Origin: Candidatus Acidiferrales bacterium
Lineage (GTDB): Bacteria; Acidobacteriota; Terriglobia; Acidiferrales; UBA7541
Length of the DNA: 64,000 nt
Assembly: GCA_050746925.1 (NCBI GenBank)
Contig: JBOGNA010000110.1
Location: forward strand, 726-64,725
Direction: 5' to 3'
Below the pieces are notes generated by a model. The model was not told the DNA's origin. It did not search any database and saw nothing but the letters and a program-made list of their open reading frames with translations. Position 1 is the stretch's first letter, and every line of letters begins with the position of its first letter. Position numbers and translations under genes: made by a program. Below, in pieces: positions 29,407 to 38,872 of this stretch.

Positions 29407-29500
29407 GGCCGGCAAGGCGCGAATGAATTGACACATACGAGTGCGGGAAAATACAGAAGGCCGACGTGCTGCCGGTCAGCGCCCCGGGGAAAACCAGAAT

Positions 29501-30706
29501 TCAGCAGCGCTCGATGATCGTCGCGATGCCCTGCCCCACGCCAATACACATCGTGCAGAGCGCATATCTCGATTTGGTACCTTCGAGTTGGTTCAATGCG
29601 GTCGTAACGAGCCTTGCTCCGCTAGCGCCCAACGGATGACCGATCGCGATCGCGCCGCCGTTGGGATTCACATGCGGGGCATCGTCCGGCAGTCCCAGAT
29701 CGCGCGTCACTGCAAGCGCCTGCGCCGCAAACGCCTCATTCAACTCGATTACATCCATCTGCGAAATCTGCAATCCTGCTTTCGCGAACACTTTACGCGA
29801 CGCAGGTGACGGCGCAAATCCCATGACGCGGGGAGCAACGCCCGCCGTAGCCGTCGCGATCACGCGCGCGCGCGCCTTCAACCCATATTTTCTTGCCGCA
29901 GCTTCCGATGCCAGCAACAGCGCACACGCGCCATCGTTGATGCCTGACGCATTCCCCGCCGTCACCGTCCCGTTCGGCTTCACGATCGGCTTCAGCTTTT
30001 GTAAACCTTCCAGCGTCGTGTCCGGCCGCGGCTGCTCGTCCGTATCGAAGATTTTCGGATGGCCCTTCGCCTGTGGAACTGCCACCGCCACGATCTCGCT
30101 CTTGAAAAATCCCGCCGCGTGCGCACGAGCCCAGCGCTGCTGTGTTCGCAAAGCAAACGCGTCCTGGTCATTCCGGCTAACGTGATAATCCTCTGCAACA
30201 TTTTCCGCAGTCTCGGGCATCGAGTCCACGCCGTACTTGGACTTCATCGCCGGATTCACAAATCGCCAGCCAATCGTCGTGTCGAATATCTGGCCGTCTC
30301 GGCTGAACGCCTTTTCCGCCTTGCCCATCACGAAGGGAGCGCGTGTCATGCTTTCCACTCCGCCCGCAATCATCATCTCCGCTTCGCCGGATTTAATTGC
30401 GCGCGCGGCAATCGACACGGCTTCAAGGCTCGATCCGCACAACCGGTTCACCGCAGCGCCCGAAACTTCCTTCGGCATGCCGGCCAGCAGCAGTGCCATC
30501 CGCGCGACGTTGCGATTGTCTTCTCCCGCCTGATTCGCGCACCCGTAGATCACGTCGTCGAGCGCCTGCCAATCCACGGCGGCGTTCCGCTCCATCAGCG
30601 CGCGAATCGGCAGCGCCGCCAGATCGTCCGTACGAATTGTTGACAGCGCGCCACCATAGCGTCCGAAAGGGGTTCGTATTGCGTCGCAAATGAAAACTTC
30701 GTTCAC
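29501..30706 (-). CDS. Acetyl-CoA C-acyltransferase (thiolase; 3-oxoadipyl-CoA thiolase-like)
   Basis: It has the thiolase motifs NRLCGSSLEA (active Cys), NPNGGAIAIGHPLGASG and CIGVGQG. GTG 30706 is preceded by GGGGAG. Confidence 0.9.
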   Translation of the reverse strand: MNEVFICDAIRTPFGRYGGALSTIRTDDLAALPIRALMERNAAVDWQALDDVIYGCANQAGEDNRNVARMALLLAGMPKEVSGAAVNRLCGSSLEAVSIAARAIKSGEAEMMIAGGVESMTRAPFVMGKAEKAFSRDGQIFDTTIGWRFVNPAMKSKYGVDSMPETAENVAEDYHVSRNDQDAFALRTQQRWARAHAAGFFKSEIVAVAVPQAKGHPKIFDTDEQPRPDTTLEGLQKLKPIVKPNGTVTAGNASGINDGACALLLASEAAARKYGLKARARVIATATAGVAPRVMGFAPSPASRKVFAKAGLQISQMDVIELNEAFAAQALAVTRDLGLPDDAPHVNPNGGAIAIGHPLGASGARLVTTALNQLEGTKSRYALCTMCIGVGQGIATIIERC

Positions 30707-30877
30707 ACTGGTCTCCCCTAAAGCATCCACAGGAATCGCGAGGCCAAAAAAACGAAACTACATGATGAAGCTTTTGCTGCGTTCCGACAAGTGAGAGAAT
30801 CGCCCGGCGCAACGGGCGAGAGACTTCGAGGTAGAACGCGCAGATTCAGCCCGGAACTTCTGCGGCGGTGAAATGAA

Positions 30878-31720
30878 TTGACGACGCTAGAACTCATCGC
30901 GCTGACCGCCCTCGGCTCGCTGATCGCGGGCTTCCTCGGCTCGCTCACCGGCCTTGGTGGCGGCGTCGTGGTTGTGCCGCTACTTACGCTCGTTTTTGGC
31001 GTGGACATCCGCTACGCCATCGGCGCTTCGCTCGTTTCCGTAATCGCCACGTCATCCGGCGCCGCCGCCGCGTACGTGCGCGAGGGATACTCCAACATCC
31101 GCGTCGGGATGTTTCTTGAGATCGCCACCACGGTCGGAGCGATCGCCGGCGCGGTCGTCGCAGTCCACCTGCGGCTTTCCTGGATCGCCATCATCTTCGG
31201 ACTCGTGCTCCTTTACTCCGCCTATCAATCGATCGAGCCGCAGAGCCACGCGAGCGGCGAGACGGAACCCGATCGCATTGCGACCTTGCTCCGAATGGAC
31301 GGAACATTCCCTACCCCGCATGGCGCGCAAGCCTACAACGTCAGAAATGTCCCAGCCGGATTTGGAATCATGTTCACAGCCGGCGTCTTGTCCGGCGTGC
31401 TCGGTATCGGCTCGGGCGCTGTAAAGGTCCTGGCGATGGACCGCGCGATGAAGCTCCCCTTCAAAGTTTCAACCACGACGAGCAATTTCATGATTGGCGT
31501 CACCGCGGCCGCCAGCGCCGGCGTGTATCTCAATCGCGGTTACATCGATCCCGGGCTCGCCGCGCCCGTAATGCTCGGTGTCCTCGCCGGTTCGATGGCG
31601 GGTGCGCGGCTGCTTGCGGGCGCGAAGGTCCGCGTGCTGCGTATCGTCTTCAGCGTCGTAGTCGCAGCGCTCGGAGCTGAGATGATCTACAACGGCCTCG
31701 CCGGGAGGTTCGTACATTGA
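30878..31720 (+). CDS. TauE/SafE family sulfite/anion exporter
   Basis: It is a multi-TM protein with duplicated G-rich helices (LGGGVVVVP / LGIGSGAVKV). Confidence 0.85.
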   Translation: MTTLELIALTALGSLIAGFLGSLTGLGGGVVVVPLLTLVFGVDIRYAIGASLVSVIATSSGAAAAYVREGYSNIRVGMFLEIATTVGAIAGAVVAVHLRLSWIAIIFGLVLLYSAYQSIEPQSHASGETEPDRIATLLRMDGTFPTPHGAQAYNVRNVPAGFGIMFTAGVLSGVLGIGSGAVKVLAMDRAMKLPFKVSTTTSNFMIGVTAAASAGVYLNRGYIDPGLAAPVMLGVLAGSMAGARLLAGAKVRVLRIVFSVVVAALGAEMIYNGLAGRFVH

Positions 31721-32130
31721 GTCCAACAATGCCCGCCCGGGCTTCCAACCCCGCGCCGGCGATGTCCGACAAGCGCGCCGAAGCGATTATCGGCATATTG
31801 CTGCGCACCGGCGTCACGATTGCCGCAATCGTTGTCTTCGCCGGCGCGATTCCATACCTCGTCCACCACGGCCACACGCAACCCAACTACGCCACATTCC
31901 ACAGCGAGCCTCCCGGCCTGCGCCACATCTCAGGAATCTTGAAAGCAAGCCTCGCTCTCGACGCCGCAGGAATCATTCAACTCGGCCTGCTGATTCTGAT
32001 CGCCACTCCCGTCGCGCGCGTCGCCTTCTCCGTCTTCGCCTTCGCCGAAGAGCGCGACTGGTTCTACGTAGCAATCACCCTCATCGTCCTCGCACTCCTC
32101 GTCTTCAGCCTCAGCGCCACAAATCTGTAA
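31717..32130 (+). CDS. DUF1634 domain-containing membrane protein
   Basis: It has a 4-nt overlap with the TauE gene. This is the typical TauE partner, with 3-4 TM helices. Confidence 0.75.
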   Translation: MSPTMPARASNPAPAMSDKRAEAIIGILLRTGVTIAAIVVFAGAIPYLVHHGHTQPNYATFHSEPPGLRHISGILKASLALDAAGIIQLGLLILIATPVARVAFSVFAFAEERDWFYVAITLIVLALLVFSLSATNL

Positions 32131-32348
32131 GTTTCTTCCGCCGCTCTGTCAGCCGCAATAGCCTTCGTAGCGCCGGGCTTCAGACCGGAAGGGGTTCACT
32201 TGGAAGTTTCTCTTCTCATTTGCGAATTGCTCCGCCACGCGCCCCAGACTCCGCCGTCCTTTCGCGCCGATCGCGCACTTCCGTAGCGCCGGCATCTCGC
32301 CGGCTCTTTTGAATTTCCTCGTTCCAATCGGCGCAAAGAAAAACCGCT

Positions 32349-32394
32349 GTCATCCTGAAGGCATCCGTTCAGGATGCCTGACCTGAAGGATCTC
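32349..32394. repeat. REP-like unit GTCATCCTGAAGGCATCC-GTTC-AGGATGCCTGACCTGAAGGATCTC
   Basis: It is a variant of the 4801-4828 unit, with an internal GGCATCC/GGATGCC hairpin. Confidence 0.5.
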
Positions 32395-32443
32395 AGCGTC
32401 CCAATCAGCAACCATCGACGCCACGTGCAAACGCCCCCCTCTC

Positions 32444-32737
32444 CTACTCATGCACCGTCGTATGCCGCACCGCATACCAGCATGGCACATACCCAAAATG
32501 CGGAAACAACGAATGAAGGCAAGCCTCCGCCCGCGGCGCATCAAAACTAAACTCCACCCGCCCATCCTTCCGCGGCACATCCCACTCCGTACGCACCTGA
32601 ACAGACCCCAGCGCCGCAGCAGCATTCGCCCCCGCCATCCGGTGCCGCGCCCACCCATAATCAGCCGCGTAAACCAACGCAGCCGCCAAAATCAACCCGC
32701 CAATCCCCCGCTGCAAAATACCCGACGCTCGCATCAT
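32444..32737 (-). CDS. Hypothetical membrane-anchored protein (98 aa)
   Basis: It starts at ATG 32737 (MMRASG..) and has one TM helix. No family was recognised. Confidence 0.35.
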   Translation of the reverse strand: MMRASGILQRGIGGLILAAALVYAADYGWARHRMAGANAAAALGSVQVRTEWDVPRKDGRVEFSFDAPRAEACLHSLFPHFGYVPCWYAVRHTTVHE

Positions 32738-32918
32738 TTCTCCCGTACCCAGTAGGGGCGGGTCTAAGCTTGCCGCGCCAGATCTCTGGCGGGACCCGCC
32801 CGTGTCCATTACAAGCAATGCCACCATGCCGCGCACTGATCGTTACAGTTCTAGCACTAACTGTCCTGCGCCAGCCTCTCCCATTTGCACCGCCCGCCGC
32901 GCCGCCTTCTAGCGGGCC

Positions 32919-32999
32919 GTGGCCCACCCTTTCCCTCGCGGCGGGGTGAGCTTCTAAGATGCCCCACCTCTCGCGATTTTCAAACGGCGGGGCTTTTCG
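32919..32999. repeat. ~80-bp dispersed repeat (GTGGCCCACCC...TGCCCCAC...GGGGCTTTTCG), copy A
   Basis: It shares ordered blocks with 33864-33942. Confidence 0.55.
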
Positions 33000-33351
33000 T
33001 TTCGCTCCGCGGTGAAGATCCGATTGCGGCATAAATAGACCGTCGAGAGCGCACGGACTGTATTCGCCGCAGCGGCCTCACCTGCAAACGCTTCAGAGCC
33101 ACGGCGTGGCATCCCCCGCGCAAGACTACAAAGCGAAAAGAACCCGAGAAGACCAAAACCCCCACCCTCCGCACAAACCGTAAAGGATGCGGCACCCGAA
33201 ACACCTAGAGGCTAAACCGCCCAGTGAGCTGCCTGAGTGGTATTATGCGTCGCGGAATGAAGTTGGATGCGGAAGTCTCGACAAGGACGAGAGGAAGACG
33301 GCGCCACCCGCCAGCCGCGAATCCGGGGATGGACCAAACAGGAGGCGTTCA

Positions 33352-33849
33352 ATGAACTTTTCGGCGTACTGGAAACCAAGTCTGCTTCTGCTCGCCTTCG
33401 CTGCTGCCGGGAATGCGTCATCGACCACACCCGTGACGGTCGATACGGCGGTGATCGCCGAAACAATCAAGACGGATGTCGCTCAGATCGTCGCCGGGCT
33501 AAATGCCCACGATGTGGCCAGGACGACCGCTTATGACGCCCCGAATATCGTCTCCATGGAATGTGGCAGTCCCTCGACTGTCGGGGACGAAGCCGATAGA
33601 CAGGGCTTCAGCATGGGCTTTGCCAGCGACCCCACTTGGAAGGTCAAGCTCATCGACGAGACTGTTGACGTCGCAAGTGGCGGAGACATGGCGATCTACC
33701 GTGGCACCTATCACGAGGACCACGGTCGTGCAGGTGTGCTGATGACCCATAGGACGAACTTCATTGCGGAATTCAAGCGTCAAAGCGATCGATCGTGGAG
33801 GCTCGTCTGGTACAGCGTGTCCAATATGGAAGAATCGCGTCCGAAGTAA
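33352..33849 (+). CDS. Secreted DUF4440/SnoaL-like protein
   Basis: AGGAGG lies upstream of ATG 33352. It has a signal peptide and an NTF2-like C-terminus (FIAEFKRQSDRSWRLVWYSVS). Confidence 0.7.
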   Translation: MNFSAYWKPSLLLLAFAAAGNASSTTPVTVDTAVIAETIKTDVAQIVAGLNAHDVARTTAYDAPNIVSMECGSPSTVGDEADRQGFSMGFASDPTWKVKLIDETVDVASGGDMAIYRGTYHEDHGRAGVLMTHRTNFIAEFKRQSDRSWRLVWYSVSNMEESRPK

Positions 33850-33863
33850 TTATCGAGATAACG

Positions 33864-33942
33864 GTGGCCCACCCTTCCCGAACCGACGCCCGATTTTGTG
33901 GGTGCCCCATTTTTCGCGCCTCTCGAAAGGTGGGGATTTTCG
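33864..33942. repeat. ~80-bp dispersed repeat, copy B
   Basis: It reads GTGGCCCACCCTTCCC...GTGCCCCAT...GGGGATTTTCG, with the same block order as 32919-32999. Confidence 0.55.
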
Positions 33943-34364
33943 CCGAACAGTGGGCCGTCAACCGCGTTCCAAATTACCGCGTCTCCGCCTCGTTGCATCG
34001 CGTGCCGTTTTACCCTGTGTCGCGATTGGCTTACCTGCAAGACTTCCCTCAGCGCGCATCTCCGAGTTCGCTGCGAATTCTCGCCACCCCTTCCAGCGCC
34101 AAGTCTCAAATCTCCAGAAAGTACAGTTCTAGGACCAACTGTCCCGCGCCTGCACACACGACCAGTCGATTTTTCCACGCGCCGCGTGCTACCTTCGGCT
34201 GTGACAAACGATAACAAAATTAAGCTTCAATCACTCACCGGGTTTCGGCTTCGGCGTACTCCGCACCGGATCACGAACCATCACTCCAACGTCCGGCCAA
34301 ACGCAATTTCGCAAGCCACGAATCCCTCTTCACTAATCACTCGTCACTTGTCACCAATCACTGC

Positions 34365-34445
34365 TTTTCTAATCGGCATTTCCCCGATTAGAAATCGTCA
34401 CAACTCCCATCGCATCAGCTACTTCCAAATTTCTAATCGGCGCCG
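34365..34445. repeat. Dispersed hairpin repeat, copy 2
   Basis: It has the hairpin TTTCTAATCGG-CATTTCC-CCGATTAGAAA, then CAGCTACTTCCAAATTTCTAATCGG. It is the same family as 4413-4522 and 46366-46478. Confidence 0.7.
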
Positions 34446-34541
34446 ATCGAGCCTTTTTCGAGCGCGATTTCGCCCGCCCATTTCCAAAATCCACCCCGCT
34501 CGCCAGCGAACTTTTTCATTTCGCGGTATAATTGGACTCCT

Positions 34542-36167
34542 TTGCTTACCGTAAACAACATCAGCATGCGGTTCGGCGCTCGAATACTGTTCGAGGACGT
34601 AACCTGCACCTTTTTCACCGGACGCCGCTACGCCATCACCGGCCCCAACGGCGCCGGCAAATCCACGTTCATGAAAATTCTGACGGGCGAGCTCGAATCC
34701 TCGAAAGGCTCCGTCACGCGCCCCAAGAAACTCGGCATTCTCCGCCAGGACCAATTCGCCTTCGACGAATACCGCGTCATCGACGCGGTGATCATGGGCA
34801 ATAGCCGCCTCTGGAAAGCCCTGCAGGAGCGCGAAGCCCTCCACGCCAAGCCGCACGACGCGCTCACTGATAAAGACGGCATGCGCATGGGCGAACTCGA
34901 AGGAATCGTCGGCGACGAGGACGGCTACACGGCCGAAGCGGACGCGGCGATCCTTCTCGACGGCCTGGGCCTCGAAGAACCGCTGCACGAACGCAAAATG
35001 CGCGAGCTGCAGGGCGGCCAGAAAGTTCGCGTCCTGTTGGCTCAGGCTCTTTTCGGCAATCCGCAAGTGCTCCTGCTCGATGAGCCGACCAACCACCTCG
35101 ACCTTGATTCCGTTCACTGGCTGCAGGATTACCTCTGCGAATACGAAGGCGTGCTGATCGTCATCTCACACGACCGCCATTTCCTGAACAGCGTCTGCAC
35201 CCACGTCGCCGACATCGACTATCAAACGATCATCATGTACAACGGCGGCTACGACGACATGGTGCTCGCGAAGACTTCGATTCGCTCCCGCATCGAATCC
35301 GAAAACGCGCAGCGCGAGAAAAAGATCGCGCAACTGAATGAGTTCATCGCGCGCTTTTCGGCCGGCACGCGTTCCGCGCAAGCTACATCCCGCAAAAAAG
35401 AGGTCGAGCGTCTCCAGACCGCCGACCTCGCCCGGTCCAACATCGCCCGTCCCTTCATTCGCTTCCAGATGGACCAGCACTCCGGGAAACATCCGCTCGA
35501 AATCAAGAGCGTCGTCAAGGAATACGACGGCGTGAAAGTCTTTAAGCCGTTCAGTGCCAGCGTCTCACGCGGAGAAAAAGTGGCGCTGATGGGCCGCAAC
35601 GGTACCGGCAAGACTACGCTTCTAAGATCCCTCGTCCGCAATGCTCCCGGATTTATCAGCGACGACGAAAAGCAGTTCCCCATCGACGGCGGCACCGTCG
35701 CCTGGGGACACAATGTCGCAGTCGGTTATTTCGCGCAGGACCACAGCGACACCATCGTGAAGGGCGCCACGGCCATCGACTGGCTCCATCAATTCGATCC
35801 GATGGCCACGCAGGAGCAGCTTCGCGGCGTGCTCGGCCAAATGCTATTCAGTGGCGAAGAAGCGCTCAAGCCCACCGCTGCCCTTTCCGGCGGTGAAGCG
35901 GCGCGGCTGATTTTCTGCAAGCTGATGCTGCAAAAGCCCAACGTGCTGGTGCTCGACGAGCCCACGAACCACCTGGATCTCGAATCGATCAACGCGCTCA
36001 ATATCTCTCTGCAGAAATATCTCGGAACCGTCCTGCTCGTCACCCACGATCACGACGTGATCGACGAAGTCGCCACGCGCATCTGGCATTTCGAAGCCGG
36101 TCGCGTCGAAGACTTCAAGGGCCCCTACTCCGAATACGTCGTGTACGCCCAGGAAAAGGCTTCCTAG
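34542..36167 (+). CDS. ABC-F family ATPase (YbiT/EttA-like, two ABC domains, no TM)
   Basis: It has two Walker A sites (GPNGAGKST and GRNGTGKTT), two LSGG signatures and an inter-domain linker. Confidence 0.9.
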   Translation: MLTVNNISMRFGARILFEDVTCTFFTGRRYAITGPNGAGKSTFMKILTGELESSKGSVTRPKKLGILRQDQFAFDEYRVIDAVIMGNSRLWKALQEREALHAKPHDALTDKDGMRMGELEGIVGDEDGYTAEADAAILLDGLGLEEPLHERKMRELQGGQKVRVLLAQALFGNPQVLLLDEPTNHLDLDSVHWLQDYLCEYEGVLIVISHDRHFLNSVCTHVADIDYQTIIMYNGGYDDMVLAKTSIRSRIESENAQREKKIAQLNEFIARFSAGTRSAQATSRKKEVERLQTADLARSNIARPFIRFQMDQHSGKHPLEIKSVVKEYDGVKVFKPFSASVSRGEKVALMGRNGTGKTTLLRSLVRNAPGFISDDEKQFPIDGGTVAWGHNVAVGYFAQDHSDTIVKGATAIDWLHQFDPMATQEQLRGVLGQMLFSGEEALKPTAALSGGEAARLIFCKLMLQKPNVLVLDEPTNHLDLESINALNISLQKYLGTVLLVTHDHDVIDEVATRIWHFEAGRVEDFKGPYSEYVVYAQEKAS

Positions 36168-36345
36168 ATTCGATCTCCACCACCCAACTTCCAGAAAACG
36201 GATAATTGCCGTTTAGGAACATAATCAAACAAACGCAGAATAAAATCCCGGAACAGCGCCGAATGAACTACCCTTCCCTGCGTCATTACTTCCCTCGAAG
36301 CTCTCTGGTTGCGTGCCAGAAAAAAATCACGCCAAATATGAAAGC

Positions 36346-37224
36346 ATGGAGCTGATGCGAAACTCGCACAAATTGCTTGCTGTCTTCGCAATCGCAGCCG
36401 TCGCTTCTCTTTCGGCGTGCTTTCCAAGTCTGGGCGACATCATCGGCGGCGGCGGTTCACCGCCCGCCAGCGTCTCCGGCAAATGGTCGGCATTTCTCAC
36501 CTCCAGCCACGGCTCGGATAACAACGTGGACCTCGAAGCAAACTTCACTCAGTCCACTGGCACAGTCACCGCCGCGCAAAACGTCATACTTACCAACTCA
36601 CCGTGCGAATCGGAAACCGATTCAATCAATGGGACCGTGAAAGCGAGCGACATCACCTTCACGCTTTCCTTCGGCACCGGCCAGCCCACGGAATCTTTCA
36701 GCGGTTCGATCAGCAGTGACGGCTTGACGATGTCCGGCAAATACAGCGTCCCATCCGGCGGTTGCGCCGCTGCAGATTCCGGCACCTGGATCGCAACCAA
36801 GTTCGGTGACTCATCGGCTTCCTATTCGGGGCAGCTCGTCTCCGCAGTAACGGATCGCTCGATCAACATTGCCGCGGTGGATCAGGAAGACACCAGCAAC
36901 AATGTGACGTTCACGGCGACGCTTACCGGCGGCGGCTGCTCGATGCTCCATCTTACGGGCGTAGCGATCGGCAGCGTTCTGGAGCTACAGAACGCGAACA
37001 ACACGATCACCTTGATCGCCCAGGCTTCTGCTCCGACCTACGCGACCCTCGCCGTGGAGTACACCATCGGTGGAACAACCTGCGGCCTCGCCGACAACGG
37101 AACGGGCGCCCTTTCGAAGACGGCGGTCAATGTCGTCCGCCAGTCAGGCCAGCGAACCCAGATCAATCCGGTGATGCACTCCCTGTTCGACAAAGTGCGA
37201 GCGATACTCGCTACAGACCAATAG
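36346..37224 (+). CDS. Hypothetical lipoprotein
   Basis: The signal peptide has a lipobox (AVASLSAC). The mature part is Ser/Thr/Gly-rich and beta-like. Confidence 0.6.
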   Translation: MELMRNSHKLLAVFAIAAVASLSACFPSLGDIIGGGGSPPASVSGKWSAFLTSSHGSDNNVDLEANFTQSTGTVTAAQNVILTNSPCESETDSINGTVKASDITFTLSFGTGQPTESFSGSISSDGLTMSGKYSVPSGGCAAADSGTWIATKFGDSSASYSGQLVSAVTDRSINIAAVDQEDTSNNVTFTATLTGGGCSMLHLTGVAIGSVLELQNANNTITLIAQASAPTYATLAVEYTIGGTTCGLADNGTGALSKTAVNVVRQSGQRTQINPVMHSLFDKVRAILATDQ

Positions 37225-37593
37225 GCGCAACCGGTTTTCTCCGTCACAGCGGCCCCCTTGTTTCGCCTCGCGTGCGCCGTCAAATCCGCGTAAATCTTTC
37301 TCGGGAATGATCGTCACGTTGGAAGTGTTGGGCTGGGCATTCCATTCAATCTCCGGGCCGGGGCGCTGCCGTGGATCGCGATGACCAGCATGATGTTGTG
37401 CGTGGCGGCGTAAGTGACGCCCTGCGCTGCGAAAAGTTCGGCGAGGGCGGTGGGGATCGAACAAAATCCTATTCCCATAAAGTCCTGCAAACAGTGGTCG
37501 TGCAGCCGCTCCTACGCGGACAATCACGACATTCGCTATCAACCTTGGGTGTGATAGATTTCCGGCGGCTGCGATCGACCCAGGGGAGAAATT

Positions 37594-38094
37594 ATGAAAT
37601 TCGGACTACGGACGCCTTGCGCGATTGTTCTAAGTTTCGCGCTGGGGATGGTTTTGCAATCGGCGCGAGGATCGAGCGCGGCGAACGATGCCCCCAGGGT
37701 GACGGGTTTGGGCGGATTCTTCTTCAAAGCGCAGAGCCCGGGGACATTGGCCGATTGGTATCGCACCCACCTGGGAATCGCGCTCGTGGCAGCGGGCAAA
37801 AGTGAACGCGCGCCGCAATTCTTTGCGTTCAAGTGGCGCGAAAAGGACCATCCCGATACCATCGGTTCAACGGCATTCTCGATTTTCCCGGCGACCACGA
37901 AATACTTCGAGCCCAGCACCGCTACGTTCATGCTGAATTTTCGCGTCGCCAATCTCGAGCAATTGCTCGCGCAGCTCAAGCAAGAGGGCATAAAGGTCGG
38001 CGACAAGATCGACGACGATTCCACCGGCAGGTTCGGGTGGGTGATGGACCCGGAGGGCAACCGCATCCAGCTTTGGGAGCCAAAGGGCGAGTGA
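37594..38094 (+). CDS. VOC (glyoxalase/bleomycin-resistance) family protein with signal peptide
   Basis: The C-terminal GRFGWVMDPEGNRIQLWEP is typical of VOC proteins. GGGGAG lies upstream of the ATG. Confidence 0.8.
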   Translation: MKFGLRTPCAIVLSFALGMVLQSARGSSAANDAPRVTGLGGFFFKAQSPGTLADWYRTHLGIALVAAGKSERAPQFFAFKWREKDHPDTIGSTAFSIFPATTKYFEPSTATFMLNFRVANLEQLLAQLKQEGIKVGDKIDDDSTGRFGWVMDPEGNRIQLWEPKGE

Positions 38095-38116
38095 TTCGGC
38101 CGAGAGTGGATTTTAG

Positions 38117-38188
38117 TAGGGGCGGTGGGGATCGAACCCACGACCTTCGGCTTAAAAGGCCGCTGCTCTACCACTGAGCTACGCCCCT
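38117..38188 (-). tRNA. tRNA-Lys (anticodon UUU)
   Basis: I folded the cloverleaf by hand. The acceptor stem is AGGGGCG/CGCCCCT, the D arm GCTC..GAGC, the anticodon loop CTTTTAA and the T arm GTGGG-TTCGATC-CCCAC. No CCA is encoded. Confidence 0.9.
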
Positions 38189-38348
38189 AGAGAGGAACAA
38201 TCGATTCTAGCGTGCGCGCGGAGAACGAGCAACACGCGTTTGGGCCTGGCGAGCGCTGCTCAAACCTTCGCAGATGCCCGGCTCGTCGAGCACACTCGCT
38301 CATGAATCGCGGGCGGCTCGAAGCCACAGCCTTCGAAATATCCCGGAG

Positions 38349-38711
38349 CTAGTCCGCGGCTTCGTTCTTCGCTGAAATCCCGCGGCCGCGCTTTCGTTTC
38401 CAGAGGTAATCCTTGCGGACTTTCTGCTGGTGCTTCTTCACTTGCGCTTCAATTTCGGCGAAGGCCACTTTTGCGCTCGCCCGCACGTCTCCGCCGGCGC
38501 CCGATGCGTGCAGATTCCCCGTCGGCAGCCGCAGATTTACCGAAAACGTGTACTCGATTTTGCGCGGCGTTTTCTCAATTGACCAGTGCAGTTCGACCAG
38601 CTCGGGATCGTAATGCTTCAGCAGCTTTTGCAACTTCTGAATATGAAACGCAGCTTCCTCGTCGATCGGCTTGCGATGTTCCGGTTCGATATTGCTGTAG
38701 AAGATTTTCAT
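38349..38711 (-). CDS. hpf: Ribosome hibernation promoting factor / RaiA family
   Basis: It has the S30AE pattern, including IQKLQKLLKHYDPELVELHWSIEK...AFAEIEAQVKKHQQK. Confidence 0.85.
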   Translation of the reverse strand: MKIFYSNIEPEHRKPIDEEAAFHIQKLQKLLKHYDPELVELHWSIEKTPRKIEYTFSVNLRLPTGNLHASGAGGDVRASAKVAFAEIEAQVKKHQQKVRKDYLWKRKRGRGISAKNEAAD

Positions 38712-38872
38712 TGGAGCACCCTCTTTCGAGTTCGCTCTTCAAGGGAAGGGGTATTCTCATGGAGGCATCTTCAGAATAGCGCCGCACGCGGCGCGTTTCA
38801 ATACCGCGTTCGACGGATTGACAGTGCGAGGGCGCGCGTCATACGCTGAAAAGATTGAGCCGATTGCAGACG

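Noticed and set aside
34527-34532. Perfect TATAAT 10 bp upstream of the ABC-F TTG start (possible leaderless transcript)
   Set aside because: There is no acceptable -35 element at 16-18 bp, and a leaderless mRNA with a TTG start is unlikely. I cannot support it from sequence alone.
37539-38177. ORFs 37539-38174 (minus) and 37833-38177 (plus) overlapping the tRNA
   Set aside because: They overlap the VOC gene and tRNA-Lys, and their sequences are not protein-like.
38117-38188. tRNA-Lys as an integration site for a genomic island
   Set aside because: I saw no integrase, no direct repeat of the tRNA 3' end, and no compositional break on either side. The neighbours are ordinary genes (VOC, hpf).
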